From positions 62,001 to 126,000 of the forward strand of contig NW_026515636.1 in the NCBI RefSeq assembly GCF_000738915.1: a stretch of 64,000 nucleotides of DNA, in the 5' to 3' direction. Origin of the DNA: Nematocida ausubeli. Taxonomy: Eukaryota. Positions 39,113 to 50,271 of the stretch are shown piece by piece (the stretch's first letter is position 1; each line of letters begins with the position of its first letter). The position numbers were made by a program, and so were the translations under genes. The notes under the pieces are model-generated. The model did no database searches. It saw nothing but the letters and a program-made list of their open reading frames with translations, and was not told the origin of the DNA.

Positions 39113-41590
39113 ATGGAAAATAAAAAGTTCATAACAAGAGTTTATTCCTGGGGGGCGGGTGATGCTGGCCAACTTGGGACAGAGACAGAGGAGGGAATGA
39201 GTACTAAGCCTATTGAAATAACCTACTTTAGCAATAAGAGAATAGTAGAGGTAGTTTGTGGGGGAATGCATTCTCTAGCCCTGTCAATTGATGGTTCCGT
39301 CTATTCATGGGGGTGCAATGACGAAGGTGTACTAGGAAGGTGCGGCAATGAAGAAGAGCCCAGCAAAATAGTGTTTCCTAACAATGTTAAAATTAAAAAA
39401 GTTGTGGCTGGTGACTCAATATCAGCTGCTGTCGACGAGAATGATGAGCTTTGGACATGGGGTCTGTTCAGAGGTCCTGGTGGAGTGATTGGGCACTCTA
39501 TCAACAAAGATGAGTCCGTGTGCAAAATGGCGAAAGCTCCACTGAAGATGGATGGGATCAAGGTGGCGCAGGTGCAGGCAGGGTGCAACCATCTAGCTGT
39601 AATTGATACAAAGGGCAAGCTATACACATGGGGAGATGGCGAGAATGGAAAGCTAGGGCGAGTAATCAGTAAAAGGGGGAAGAGCACTGGATGCTTGCTT
39701 CCAAGAGTTTCTATGGCATCTGCAAGCTCTGCAGTGACAGGAGCCTACCACTCATTTGCAGTTAAGCGAATGAATTCCAAGGGCGAGAAGAGCAGCACGC
39801 TTGCCAAGCAGTGCCTGTACACAGAGGGAAAGTTTTTCAAGGACACTGCGGGAAATGAAATGTACATGTATGATCAGATGAAAGGCGATCTGTCACCAGA
39901 ACAGGCAGAGGAAGCCCGTAAGAGAAAGATGCCAACCAGTGCCAAGTACAAATACATCCGCATTACGCCTAGTACGAAAATGCCTATGGCTGTTCTATAC
40001 CCGCCTAAGGGAATGACTGTCTACTGCACACCGTCTGGTGAGCTGACTCTTGATCCATCCCGTGGAAAAAAGATTGCCTTGCCCACAACGCGTCTACTTG
40101 TTGATGGAGTGACACCTGTAGCAGAGAGTTCTGCAGAAAAGGAGGTCAAGCCAGTTACCAAAGGTCTCAGAGTGCTTGAAGAGGAAGAGGAGAAGCACGA
40201 GGTCACTGAGGATGACATTGCCTTGTATGCGGAGTATCTTAATGTTTCGCCTGGCGATAAACCAAAGAAGGTTATTGTGGTAAACAGCAATGGCGAGGAA
40301 AAAGAGGTTCTTGTGTCGTCGAAGAAAGATAAGAACGCTTCCAGTGCAAAAAAGCCTCGAAGCAAGATGGCTGAGGAACTGATCAAAAAGGCAAAGATGG
40401 CAAGTATGAAAGAGAAGGAGCGGCAGTCCGGTAGTTCAGAGGAGGAGAGCAGTGAGGAAGCATGCAGCAAGCAGCTTGCAAAGGATGAAGAGGCTAAAAA
40501 TGCTGAGAACGCACCTAACACCCACTCTGATAAAGGAAAAGAGAAGAAAGCAGAAGGTTCTATCGACAAATGCGCCGAAACAAAGTCCAAAGAAATTAGC
40601 AAGAAAAAGTCTGCAGATAGCAAAGATGCTTCAGAAAGCACAGCAGATCCTGGTCCGAATAAGTCTGATGGCATGAAAGATACTCTAGAACCTGGTGAAA
40701 GCGAAACAAAGGGAGGTGGTAAAGTAGCCACTGCTTCTGGGGCTGATTCAATCAAAGTAGATAGTACAGCAGATGCAAACACCAGTGGAAAGAGTTCCAG
40801 AAATAAAGCCAAGGACGAACATCCACCAGGACATAAGCGGAAAATGAAGACTCCAGGCAGAGACGAAGATGGTATGAGCAACAAAAAGAGGATGGAAAAA
40901 CGGCGGAGGGTTAAAAAAGCTTCTTTGCATGTTAAGCCTGATAAATCCAAAGAATCTAAGGAATCTGAAACGTGTATTCTTTTAAATGAAGTGCAGAGAA
41001 TGGTTTTGTTTGATCGGCGGAGAAAGGACATGTCAGATAGAGAAGAGTGCAAAAAGATAAAGCTTTCTGCCTCAGGGGTAAATAACTACGGACAGGCACC
41101 AAATGCAAATGAAAATGGCACATGGGGCCCGTGGGTAGACTACTCGCAAACTCCCGAAGGCGGTCCGGAGACCTTCAGAAAGGGTATGGGAGGCGAGCAC
41201 AGCACGCACATACTCGATGCTAACGGCACTCTTTGGGCAGTTGGAAGAAACACTTTTGGCCAGCTTGGTGTAGGCGACAACCTCAACAAAACAGAGTTTA
41301 CTAAGTGCGCCATATCCAATGTGGATGACTTCGCAATCACTGCATCGCATGGAATAGCAATATCTCATGGAAAGGCATATAGCTGGGGATTCGGAGAAGA
41401 AGGCCAGCTTGGATACGAAATGGATACACAACTCTCGCCAAAACAGGTGGTTTTTGATAATGAGATAGTCATTAGCGTTGGTGCAGGTGGACAGCACTCA
41501 GCCATTGTTACTGCTGTGGATGTAACAGAAGATAAAGAAATAAGCAGCAATGATGTGATATTTAGCATAAGCAACTACTCTGCTAACTAA
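39113..41590 (+). CDS. RCC1-family beta-propeller (Ran GEF-like) with a large charged insertion
   Basis: RCC1 repeats VYSWGAGDAGQLG, GGMHSLAL..VYSWGCNDEGVLGR, AGDSISAA..WTWGLFR, YTWGDGENGKLGR, GRNTFGQLG, YSWGFGEEGQLG, GAGGQHS. Confidence 0.88.
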   Translation: MENKKFITRVYSWGAGDAGQLGTETEEGMSTKPIEITYFSNKRIVEVVCGGMHSLALSIDGSVYSWGCNDEGVLGRCGNEEEPSKIVFPNNVKIKKVVAGDSISAAVDENDELWTWGLFRGPGGVIGHSINKDESVCKMAKAPLKMDGIKVAQVQAGCNHLAVIDTKGKLYTWGDGENGKLGRVISKRGKSTGCLLPRVSMASASSAVTGAYHSFAVKRMNSKGEKSSTLAKQCLYTEGKFFKDTAGNEMYMYDQMKGDLSPEQAEEARKRKMPTSAKYKYIRITPSTKMPMAVLYPPKGMTVYCTPSGELTLDPSRGKKIALPTTRLLVDGVTPVAESSAEKEVKPVTKGLRVLEEEEEKHEVTEDDIALYAEYLNVSPGDKPKKVIVVNSNGEEKEVLVSSKKDKNASSAKKPRSKMAEELIKKAKMASMKEKERQSGSSEEESSEEACSKQLAKDEEAKNAENAPNTHSDKGKEKKAEGSIDKCAETKSKEISKKKSADSKDASESTADPGPNKSDGMKDTLEPGESETKGGGKVATASGADSIKVDSTADANTSGKSSRNKAKDEHPPGHKRKMKTPGRDEDGMSNKKRMEKRRRVKKASLHVKPDKSKESKESETCILLNEVQRMVLFDRRRKDMSDREECKKIKLSASGVNNYGQAPNANENGTWGPWVDYSQTPEGGPETFRKGMGGEHSTHILDANGTLWAVGRNTFGQLGVGDNLNKTEFTKCAISNVDDFAITASHGIAISHGKAYSWGFGEEGQLGYEMDTQLSPKQVVFDNEIVISVGAGGQHSAIVTAVDVTEDKEISSNDVIFSISNYSAN

Positions 41591-42510
41591 TTGTGCAGCC
41601 GCCAGTAAGGTAAACTGGGTCTGTTTAAGTATACTTCTATTGTAGAGGAGTATACAACATACAATGGGAAAGAGTAGAAAAAGTGATAATATTGCATAAA
41701 GCGCCTGGAGTATAACCCAGACAGCTTAATCTTTAATTTGTGCGCGGTGGGTTTTTGTGGAATGTGTGGGTAGTAGAGATGACAGAGCGCGTCTGCACAT
41801 GGTTATTTGTTATGTTTGTTATTAATAGATAATTTGATAGATATGTGCAGATTGTTTGGTTCAGCAAGGTAAGCTGGTCTTTTCGAGTGCTTTTATTCTC
41901 TCTGCCGCTATTTTACATATAACACACCAAGCACACAACTACAGTAATAAAATGGTTTTTTTTCGCATTTGCAGTTCTACTTTTCCTCTATTTAAACTAG
42001 CTGTGCATAAGAGATAGCTCTGCTAAAGAACAATTCTGCACTCTCCTAATACTCATTATTTGTCACATTTACACGCACACATACTTACAGCTACTCTGTG
42101 TCCTTCTTCCTAGAAGAGCTATACCTACAGAATTTACTTTACACACACACACTCTAAAATTTAAGCATTACAGGAAGCAAAAAATATTCAATAGACATTA
42201 TTTCTTTAAAAATGCATACTCTAAAAATGCTTTCTTGCACACATTATTTGAGTTTATTAAAATCTTAAAGAACTGCACGCCCCTTGCTATATACCAAAAG
42301 TGTCGGTGCTAAGGTTTATAAGTTCGCATTCCTTTTGCAGTATATGAATACAGGAAGACACCTTAAATAGAGGCATGCACTCACTTGCATCTTACTAGAC
42401 CATAGCCTAGACATAATGCTACTCTATGCCCTGCATACTATGTGCATGCATTCCAGCATGATATTATATTGCAGGAGAGACATAACAGTACGCAATTATT
42501 TTTATTCTGA

Positions 42511-43389
42511 ATGGAAGAAAACTATGAGGAAAAGCAGTACTTGCAGCTAATACAAAGAATTCTGAAGAAAGGTGCAGAGAAAATGGACAGAACAGGAACT
42601 GGCACAATTGCTGTGTTTGGAGACATGTCTAGATACTCCTTGGAGGGAGACAGATTTCCCTTGCTAACAACCAAAAGGGTTCCCTTCCGAATTGTTGCTG
42701 AGGAGCTTCTTTTCTTTATACGTGGGCAGACAAACAATAAAATACTGAAGAGCAAGAATGTAAACATATGGACGCTAAACGGAACAGAGGAATTCCTACG
42801 ATCCCGAGGCATTAGCCGGAAGGAAGACGATTTAGGCCCAATATATGGATTCCAGTGGAGACACTTTGGAGCAGAGTATGGCACGTGCAACGATGACTAC
42901 AGCGGAAAGGGAGTTGATCAGCTGAAGAGTGTGATTGAGGAGCTTAAGAAAAACCCAAACAGCAGGCGCATGGTAGTCAGTGCATGGAACCCGCTGGATT
43001 TAGATGCAATGGCACTTCCTCCGTGCCATGTTCTCTTCCAGTTCTGCGTGGTGGATGGGAAGCTTAATTGCATGCTGTACCAGAGGTCTGGAGATGTGGG
43101 TTTGGGCGTGCCCTTTAACATTGCCAGCTACGCCCTGCTTCTGAAAATGGTGTCCTATCTGACCAATATTCCAGCAGGGGAATTTGTTCATGTGCTATCA
43201 GACGCACACATCTACCTTAACCACGTGGAGCAGCTGAGCGAACAGGTTAAAAGAACACCATATGCATTTCCCACTCTAAAAATAGCGCCAGCTGTGCCAA
43301 GAAAGTCAATTGATGAGTTTGAAATTGAGGACTTTGTCTTGGAGGAGTACATTCACCATCCTCCCATCAAAATGAACATGTCTGCATAA
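42511..43389 (+). CDS. CDC21: Thymidylate synthase
   Basis: [59 protein letters not shown]. Confidence 0.98.
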   Translation: MEENYEEKQYLQLIQRILKKGAEKMDRTGTGTIAVFGDMSRYSLEGDRFPLLTTKRVPFRIVAEELLFFIRGQTNNKILKSKNVNIWTLNGTEEFLRSRGISRKEDDLGPIYGFQWRHFGAEYGTCNDDYSGKGVDQLKSVIEELKKNPNSRRMVVSAWNPLDLDAMALPPCHVLFQFCVVDGKLNCMLYQRSGDVGLGVPFNIASYALLLKMVSYLTNIPAGEFVHVLSDAHIYLNHVEQLSEQVKRTPYAFPTLKIAPAVPRKSIDEFEIEDFVLEEYIHHPPIKMNMSA

Positions 43390-43831
43390 TAAAAATCTGC
43401 AGGATATTGGCTAAAGAAAAGCTGCATACAAACCTGTATGCCTAATAAATAAAGGATAAATGTCTACTTATTCAAATATATTGCTATTGTAATTTCTTAC
43501 TTGTAATTTATATAGCTTAAATACGGTAAATAGGTATAAAGGATCTATCCAGTAGCTCTTTCAATATAAACACATTTCTTCTTCAGCGATCTTAAAATGA
43601 CTTTTATGCCTTGAATACAAGTGCCTAAAATATAAAATAGTTCATTTACTACTATTTAAATTTAAAAATGAAGAGTTTTCTTTCATAATAGAAAAACATT
43701 TTGGCTCAATAGTTCCTATAAGCTGTGCTAACATCTGCTAGTTTTATACACTCAAGTACACTAAGAAGGCTTCTCCAAGCGTAGGGAAATCGGCAAGAAA
43801 AATAGTATTACACCTTACACATTAAAGCCCT

Positions 43832-44182
43832 TTATTCTACATTATATTCCAGCACGCGCAGCACATGGCTTATGTATTCCTCAGTTATTGGATCAACTTT
43901 GGATCTTTTGATTGTTTTAGAAATCTCTTTTTTGGTTTTTTTAAATAGCTCTAGTGTTTTTGTTAGCTCCACATGCATTTCGCTGTTAACTGGAGTATTG
44001 CACACGATAGCATTTGTCAAGTCAAGCGCATATTTGCAGTGCACTTTAGATAAGGCATCTTCTATTATCTGCACTAAAACATCGTACTTCATTTTCTTCG
44101 TGAGCTTGCTGGTGTTTATAGAATTTGTTCTAGAAAGAGCCGCCTTTCTGACACACTCTAAGTCCTGTATAACATAATTCAT
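43832..44182 (-). CDS. Hypothetical helical protein (116 aa)
   Basis: ATG-initiated ORF, head-to-head with the RING gene. Confidence 0.6.
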   Translation of the reverse strand: MNYVIQDLECVRKAALSRTNSINTSKLTKKMKYDVLVQIIEDALSKVHCKYALDLTNAIVCNTPVNSEMHVELTKTLELFKKTKKEISKTIKRSKVDPITEEYISHVLRVLEYNVE

Positions 44183-44208
44183 TCGAAATAAATTTTAATT
44201 TTGCTTTA

Positions 44209-44784
44209 ATGGCACAATCAGAGATCCCCTCTAAAGCAACCACCCAAACAAAAAATAGCACAGCAGACTGCAGAGACATGATTATGAAGAGCATTCTTGC
44301 AGGGAAAAAGCTTCTTAAAAAGAGCGAAAAAACATGGCCTAACTCTGCAGCCAGAAACGGACCAGTCGAGGAAACTAAAATAGAAAATAAAAAAAGTGCC
44401 CATTCAGAGGAGGGGCAAGGCGTCTGCGCCATGTCCAGGATAATAGGCATACTTGGCAGAGATAGAAAAAACTGGCAATACATATCAGAGCAGCCAATTT
44501 TTCCAAAAAACACAGAGAACAGAATAGTTGATAAAAGAAGGCCTGGCCTCAAGAAGAAGTATATTAAATACGTTAAGTACACAGAACGGCCAGACACACA
44601 CACATCCAGGCAGAAGGAGAGCGAGTTGTGCGCAATCTGCCTAAACAAGTACATATCCATCAATATTTGTGGGATTCTAAAATGCAATCATATTTTCCAT
44701 AAAACATGCATTAATTCGTATATTTCAGTCGCAGGGCACTGCCCAATATGCAGAAGAGATATAATCAGTGGTGTGATAAACTAG
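44209..44784 (+). CDS. RING finger protein (RING-H2-like E3 ligase)
   Basis: C-terminal CAICL...LKCNHIFHKTCI...CPICR. Confidence 0.85.
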   Translation: MAQSEIPSKATTQTKNSTADCRDMIMKSILAGKKLLKKSEKTWPNSAARNGPVEETKIENKKSAHSEEGQGVCAMSRIIGILGRDRKNWQYISEQPIFPKNTENRIVDKRRPGLKKKYIKYVKYTERPDTHTSRQKESELCAICLNKYISINICGILKCNHIFHKTCINSYISVAGHCPICRRDIISGVIN

Positions 44785-44912
44785 ACAGCACATAGACATG
44801 CCAGATACAAAGCAGGGCAAGCAGTGTCAGCTATATCCGCATTTTTAGTATTTGGAGTGCAGCCAAGTATTACCATGGAATTTAAATATTTTTTTATATT
44901 TGACCCCAGCAT

Positions 44913-45326
44913 ATGGCAAACACAATAAAAATACTTGAGAAGAAGCAGAACCCACTTCTGGATAGAATGGAGTTATCTTTATCCGTCTACCACCCATCTA
45001 GCGGAACCCCAAACAAGAAGGATATCTCCAAGATGCTGAGCGAGCAATTGAACGCATCTACAGATAACATCATTGTAAAGGATTGCTTCACACGATTTGG
45101 TACACATGTCTCAACTGCAGCAGCCAAGATATACAACAAGAAGTCCAGCCTGGAGAAAATAGAGCACAAGTTTGTCCTTAACAGAATTCTCAAGGAGAAG
45201 GAAGGAAAAGAGGTAACAAAACTTCCAAGAAAGCTGAGAAAGGAGGAGAAGAACAAGAAGAAGAAGATCAGAGGAACTATTGCAGCTCTCCAGAAGAAGG
45301 TGGAGAAGAGACAGCAGAAGAAATAG
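44913..45326 (-). other. No minus-strand gene: antisense shadow of RPS24
   Basis: The 89-aa minus-strand ORF 44987..45256 lies wholly inside RPS24 and has no recognisable motif. Confidence 0.1.
44913..45326 (+). CDS. RPS24: 40S ribosomal protein S24/eS24
   Basis: NPLLDRME...VYHP...TPNKKDI...FTRFG...AKIY and a basic tail KKKKIRGT; CCCC lies upstream of the ATG. Confidence 0.93.
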   Translation: MANTIKILEKKQNPLLDRMELSLSVYHPSSGTPNKKDISKMLSEQLNASTDNIIVKDCFTRFGTHVSTAAAKIYNKKSSLEKIEHKFVLNRILKEKEGKEVTKLPRKLRKEEKNKKKKIRGTIAALQKKVEKRQQKK

Positions 45327-45491
45327 TTAAATAAAATCTGCGAATATTAGCTTTTTATAGTATATGTGTCTATTGCGAAGATGTGCGTGGGAGTGCGGAT
45401 TTGAGGGCGCGCTATTGGAAGTGCATATAGAGCATGAGATGCAGCGCAAGCCATCTTTCAAATTTTTCTACAAAATATTTAAAAAAAGAAT

Positions 45492-46415
45492 ATGCAGCCA
45501 CATACAGCAGAGAATGATGTATCTTTCGGTGAAAAAGAGATTGAAGAAGCAGATACTTTTTACACGTGCAAAGAAATTTGTGATGTAAGCATACAAGAAT
45601 TAGCCAATGAAAGTGCGCCCCCTTGTAAAAGAAGCAAAAACAAGTGGGGGTCAAATAAAAAGAATATTTCCCGGGAGTTTCATTCAGAAAATATAGAATC
45701 TGGTCAGAAAAGGGGTAAAGGAGAGCGCATTGCCATGAAGAAAAGCCCCCTAGCAACAGATGACGAGGAAACAGTAGAGTTATCTGCAGAGAGTGAGAAC
45801 AGCGGTTCTGTAGTTGACAGCGCAGCAGACGAGAAAAGTGAAAGAACATTTTACTCTAGCATTATACAGATGGTAGTGGGTGAAATAAGCAATGCATACA
45901 TGTCTGCTCAAGTATATAACCAGAAGAGCCCTATGCAACAGGCAGAGGCCCATAGCACGCGCATGCCAGAGGATGAAGATACAGAATATACATCCGCCAA
46001 TGAGGAAAATAATTCAGTAAAGCCAATAGACATATCTGTGCTAAGCAGGGTTAAGACACAAAGAATAGATAGAGAAGCAAAAAAAAATCGTCCTAAAAGA
46101 CAACGAGTGCCGAGCGATGTAGTCATGGAAGCAGTTTACGCTGCCATATTTATTTTCATAGCTGCTGCTGTGGGAGCTGCCTATTCTTTTTATCGGGCAT
46201 TCTGCCATATAAAGAATATTGGTGATGCACAGTTTGGAGACAGCACTTATATTAAATGCGCCACGTACTTTATTCTGGCGTATGTCATATACTATGCTTT
46301 AAGCAAGTTATTTGGATGGGCGTACTTACTCACCTCTTTTGCATTCTGGATACTTATTAGGCTGATTTTGTTTGTGCTTACGCTGGATATCACACAAAAG
46401 ATGTTAAATCCATAG
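45492..46415 (+). CDS. Hypothetical membrane protein (acidic disordered N-terminus, C-terminal TM segments)
   Basis: 307-aa ORF with 2-3 hydrophobic helices at the C-terminus. Confidence 0.7.
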   Translation: MQPHTAENDVSFGEKEIEEADTFYTCKEICDVSIQELANESAPPCKRSKNKWGSNKKNISREFHSENIESGQKRGKGERIAMKKSPLATDDEETVELSAESENSGSVVDSAADEKSERTFYSSIIQMVVGEISNAYMSAQVYNQKSPMQQAEAHSTRMPEDEDTEYTSANEENNSVKPIDISVLSRVKTQRIDREAKKNRPKRQRVPSDVVMEAVYAAIFIFIAAAVGAAYSFYRAFCHIKNIGDAQFGDSTYIKCATYFILAYVIYYALSKLFGWAYLLTSFAFWILIRLILFVLTLDITQKMLNP

Positions 46416-46614
46416 TATCCAAGCCAGATATACATAAAGCACATGCAGACTTAGTGAGCTCTGTATGCAAGACACTAGAAACCCGAAGTATACACCATCT
46501 TTGGCATGTTATGGTGCTACTTTCACAGAGAAAAGTGAAAGCTGCTCAATGAAAGGATGCACACAGGCACAGAGGGGTATGCATAGAAGTGGATAAGCAG
46601 GATAATGCTAAGCC

Positions 46615-49287
46615 ATGAATAAATACATATTTTTATTTATACTGAGGACTTTAATGCATAAAAACGAGTTTGCAGATAATTGCGTAATTGAGCAGCCTGC
46701 AACGTGTGAAGAAAGATGTGAAAGCAGAGAAAAGTGCATTCCAGAGGGATCCTTCCTAGAGCAGCTGACTATTGCACAAAAAGCTGTAATAGAGAGCAAA
46801 TGGAGACTAAGAAACGCCGATCTTCCAAAAAACAGCATAGTACAAGAGACAGCGTTGTATAAAAAAGCAGTGATGCAATACCCTGTTAGAGCACAAGAAA
46901 GAATAAAAACAGAGGTGCTAGACAAAGACAAGAAGTATTTTAACTTTGAGTATTTCAACACTGTGCAATCCTTAGTGCTGGGGACATTATATGATACGCG
47001 CGAAAATGCTCTTATTTCATCTCCTACCGGCACAGGAAAGACAGAGTTGGCAATTCTGGCTATTCTCCGAGAGCTTAGGGAATTTGGAGAAAGATGCTCT
47101 ATTGTGGTTCTTGCCCCTACAAAGCCACTTATAGCAGGCCTAGAGTCTACTTTAAGAAGTAGGTTTGCAGATGTCTTATCTGTGGCACAGGATACAACAG
47201 ACATGGATAGGAGTGCTTACGGGTACAATACTTGCCATGCAAATATTCTTGTAACAACCCCTGAGCGGTATGACATACTTACAATGAAGCAGAAAATATC
47301 TCCATCTCTTCTGATTATTGACGAAATTCATATCTTAGGGGAAAGTAGAGGTGCTGTATTAGAGAGTGTTATAATACGCAGTAAGCCCATGCCGAACATC
47401 CGAATAGTCGGGATAAGTGCAACCATACCAAACTACAAAGATATAGCAAGCTTTATCAATGCAAAGGAAGAGCACTCTTACTACTTTAACTATTCTTTTA
47501 AGGATGTTCCTCTGACTTACACTGTAATAGGCATGAAAAACACAGAGAGCGCCAATGCAGACACGAATAGTCTACAGATTTTGCATGAAACAGTTAAAGA
47601 AGTGCGTGGAAAGGGAGGTACTCTGGTGTTTATAAATAGCAGAAAAAAATGCGATGAAATATCTGAATGGCTGAGAGAACAGATAATAGAAGAAAAAGCC
47701 AATCAAAGTCAGCCACCGTGCAAAAACGATATGCTTTTCAGAATAACCAGCTCATTAGAGCCAATTATGCCGCGCTGTGCAAAAGATAGAAATAGGTTTA
47801 TATCTGAACTTCAAGAGAGAGTAGAGCTATTCTCAAGTGGAATTGGTGTGCATCACGCAGGAATGTCTAAAGAGATGCGAAGTGCTGTAGAGTTTCTTTT
47901 TAAGCTGGGAAGTATTAGCATTATATGCTGTACAGGCACCTTGGCGTGTGGAGTCAACCTACCTGTTAGCAATGTAATTGTGTATAAAACAAGCAAGTCC
48001 ACAGGAGGGCAGGCATATACTTTGTCAGAGGTGGCGCAGATGAATGGTAGGGCTGGGCGAAGAGGGCTGTCCAAAGAAGGATCTGCTGTGGTTATAACAG
48101 ACATAGACATGCTAGCAGAATACAGCAAGGCCATCACCTTCCAGTTTCCAATTGAAAGCAGATCTGGAGAGTTTCTTGCCACTCGAATACTATATGAAAT
48201 AGCAATGACCAAGGAAAGAAACAGGTGCAGGTCTACGCAGAAATGTGCCAGTCTAAGTGGTGTGCGCAGTAAACATGCTTCTATGCAGGGACTAAGCATT
48301 GCAGAGATTGTTGCCTGGGTCCAAAAAACATACGGATACCAAAGAGGGGTTAAAAATGAAGAAACAAAAGAGTACTTTGTGCACACAGCCCAACTAGTAA
48401 TAGAGGTAGTTAACCAACTATGCAGAAAGGGAATGGTCACAATAAATAGAGAAGGGGCCCAAGATAGTTTTGTGTGCATCCATGGCGGTGTTTCTGATAT
48501 ATGGGTCACTTCTACAGAGCTGGGTGACATTTGCTATATATACTATTTAACTCCTACGACAGTCCATGCGATCTACAAAGTATTTACAGATGTCTCAGAT
48601 TTTGATCTAGACATTGATTTAGGCGATATTCTTCTACTCATGAGCACAGTGGATGACTATAAAGATATAGAAAAAGACAGTTATAAGCTGCTTACAGCGC
48701 ATTCTGCAGACCATGCACCACAAAACGGCAATGGTTCTAGCTCTACTAATATAGCGAGCAGCTTAAAGTATCCTATTCGTATGAAAACAAGCATAGTTGC
48801 CCAAATAATTGAGCGCGCATCAAGAAGGCAGATTAATCCAGTAGTATCTATACTTGTACAGGCGCATATTGAAGCCCGCCCTATTGATATAGAGTTGTAT
48901 CCAGCATATACAAAGGTGCTAATTAGTATGGATAGAATAGCAGAGGGCCTTTTTGGCATTGGCAGAATAGCGCTCAACCGGTCACTATTTGCAGTGGTTG
49001 ACCTGATGAAGAGCATAAATCTAAGAGAGTGGAGACACACAACCGCAAGAAAACCACTAGAGATTTCTCTGTCAGTAGAGGGACAGACACTGGTGCTTCA
49101 TAATCCCTCAAAGGATAAAATATTTGTGACTGTGTCACTAGAAGGCACTAAAATCTTTATACATAAAGATATCACTAGAAGAAATGTCTATAAATACAAT
49201 TTGCCTGATAAAGACACTCTCTATATACTGCGCATAGAGTCACTAACACAGTTTACAGAACAGTACGTAGATTATATAAATACATAG
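46615..49287 (+). CDS. Ski2-like DExH helicase with a Sec63-like C-terminus (Mer3/HFM1 or single-cassette Brr2/Slh1 type)
   Basis: FNTVQS, SPTGTGKT, TTPE, DEIH, ISAT, HHAG, TLACGVNLP, QMNGRAGR. The start may be the ATG at 46654. Confidence 0.88.
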   Translation: MNKYIFLFILRTLMHKNEFADNCVIEQPATCEERCESREKCIPEGSFLEQLTIAQKAVIESKWRLRNADLPKNSIVQETALYKKAVMQYPVRAQERIKTEVLDKDKKYFNFEYFNTVQSLVLGTLYDTRENALISSPTGTGKTELAILAILRELREFGERCSIVVLAPTKPLIAGLESTLRSRFADVLSVAQDTTDMDRSAYGYNTCHANILVTTPERYDILTMKQKISPSLLIIDEIHILGESRGAVLESVIIRSKPMPNIRIVGISATIPNYKDIASFINAKEEHSYYFNYSFKDVPLTYTVIGMKNTESANADTNSLQILHETVKEVRGKGGTLVFINSRKKCDEISEWLREQIIEEKANQSQPPCKNDMLFRITSSLEPIMPRCAKDRNRFISELQERVELFSSGIGVHHAGMSKEMRSAVEFLFKLGSISIICCTGTLACGVNLPVSNVIVYKTSKSTGGQAYTLSEVAQMNGRAGRRGLSKEGSAVVITDIDMLAEYSKAITFQFPIESRSGEFLATRILYEIAMTKERNRCRSTQKCASLSGVRSKHASMQGLSIAEIVAWVQKTYGYQRGVKNEETKEYFVHTAQLVIEVVNQLCRKGMVTINREGAQDSFVCIHGGVSDIWVTSTELGDICYIYYLTPTTVHAIYKVFTDVSDFDLDIDLGDILLLMSTVDDYKDIEKDSYKLLTAHSADHAPQNGNGSSSTNIASSLKYPIRMKTSIVAQIIERASRRQINPVVSILVQAHIEARPIDIELYPAYTKVLISMDRIAEGLFGIGRIALNRSLFAVVDLMKSINLREWRHTTARKPLEISLSVEGQTLVLHNPSKDKIFVTVSLEGTKIFIHKDITRRNVYKYNLPDKDTLYILRIESLTQFTEQYVDYINT

Positions 49288-50078
49288 TACAGAAGTCCAG
49301 TAAAAATATATATTACTTGGGTTGGAAAAGGCTGATGCATTATTCACTAAAGAGAATTAATTGTAAACACATTATTAAGTTGAGGGTAGATCATGGCATT
49401 GTATATAGAGTCATATCTGTATGCGATTAAGACTATTTCCTTTTGTATTTTGCTCCTGCTATATGCCGTTATTAAATAGCTTTTTATGTCATTCTATCAA
49501 TTTAATTCCACTTCCATACTGAGTGCCTATATGAAAACAGTGTGAAAATATCTTTTGGAATGTAATATTATTATTTTAATTATACAGGCATGCATAATTT
49601 TATTAACAGCTTCCACTACCAGCTTAGTTCAATAGAGTGATAGATAAATGCAAGTTATACAATGTACATGCATACCATGTATTTTTATACTTAAATTGTC
49701 TCCAGCCATTTGTGCTTTAAGTAATTTACTTGTTTTCTTGGAGTGCACTGTTAGAGAGATATAGCACATATTTAATGCAGCATTTTCTTAAATGCATAAT
49801 CTAATTAATTTGTCTTGTTTCTAAATAATTCTTAAAGTATCTAATTAGTTACTCTATCTGGCACATATTGCTAAAAGAAGTTTTAGTGCATAATACCATG
49901 AATTCTTCCATAGTCTAATGTATGCACGCATAAGCCTATTAGTATTGCATTTATAGCTAAACTCTTAATTAGTAATTCCTACAGACAGAGCACTCAACTC
50001 CACTTCTTAGCGCTTGCATGATAGCTCACTAGATGCATCTTGCATTTCTTCTGGATACCTCTCTTTCTTTTTATTTTT

Positions 50079-50243
50079 ATGAAAGACCAAGATGAACTGA
50101 CTCTTCCTGCAAAGGAATACAGAAAGCTGGAGGGGCTTATAGAGAAGGTACGGAAGTATGCAGATATAGAGACAAAAGATACAAAAGAAAATCTTTCTCT
50201 TGGTACCCTAGACTATCTCAAAAAGTACAGAATCAATCGCTAG
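50079..50243 (+). CDS. 54-aa micro-protein
   Basis: ATG follows a T-rich tract, composition is coding-like, and an AT-rich AATAA signal follows the stop. Convergent with PTPA. Confidence 0.5.
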   Translation: MKDQDELTLPAKEYRKLEGLIEKVRKYADIETKDTKENLSLGTLDYLKKYRINR

Positions 50244-50271
50244 CCATGCAAATAAATAATGTATATATTTA

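Noticed and set aside
40021..41052. 343-aa antisense ORF within RCC1, and similar antisense ORFs across the window
   Set aside because: Antisense shadows of Lys/Glu/Ser-rich coding sequence with no motifs of their own.
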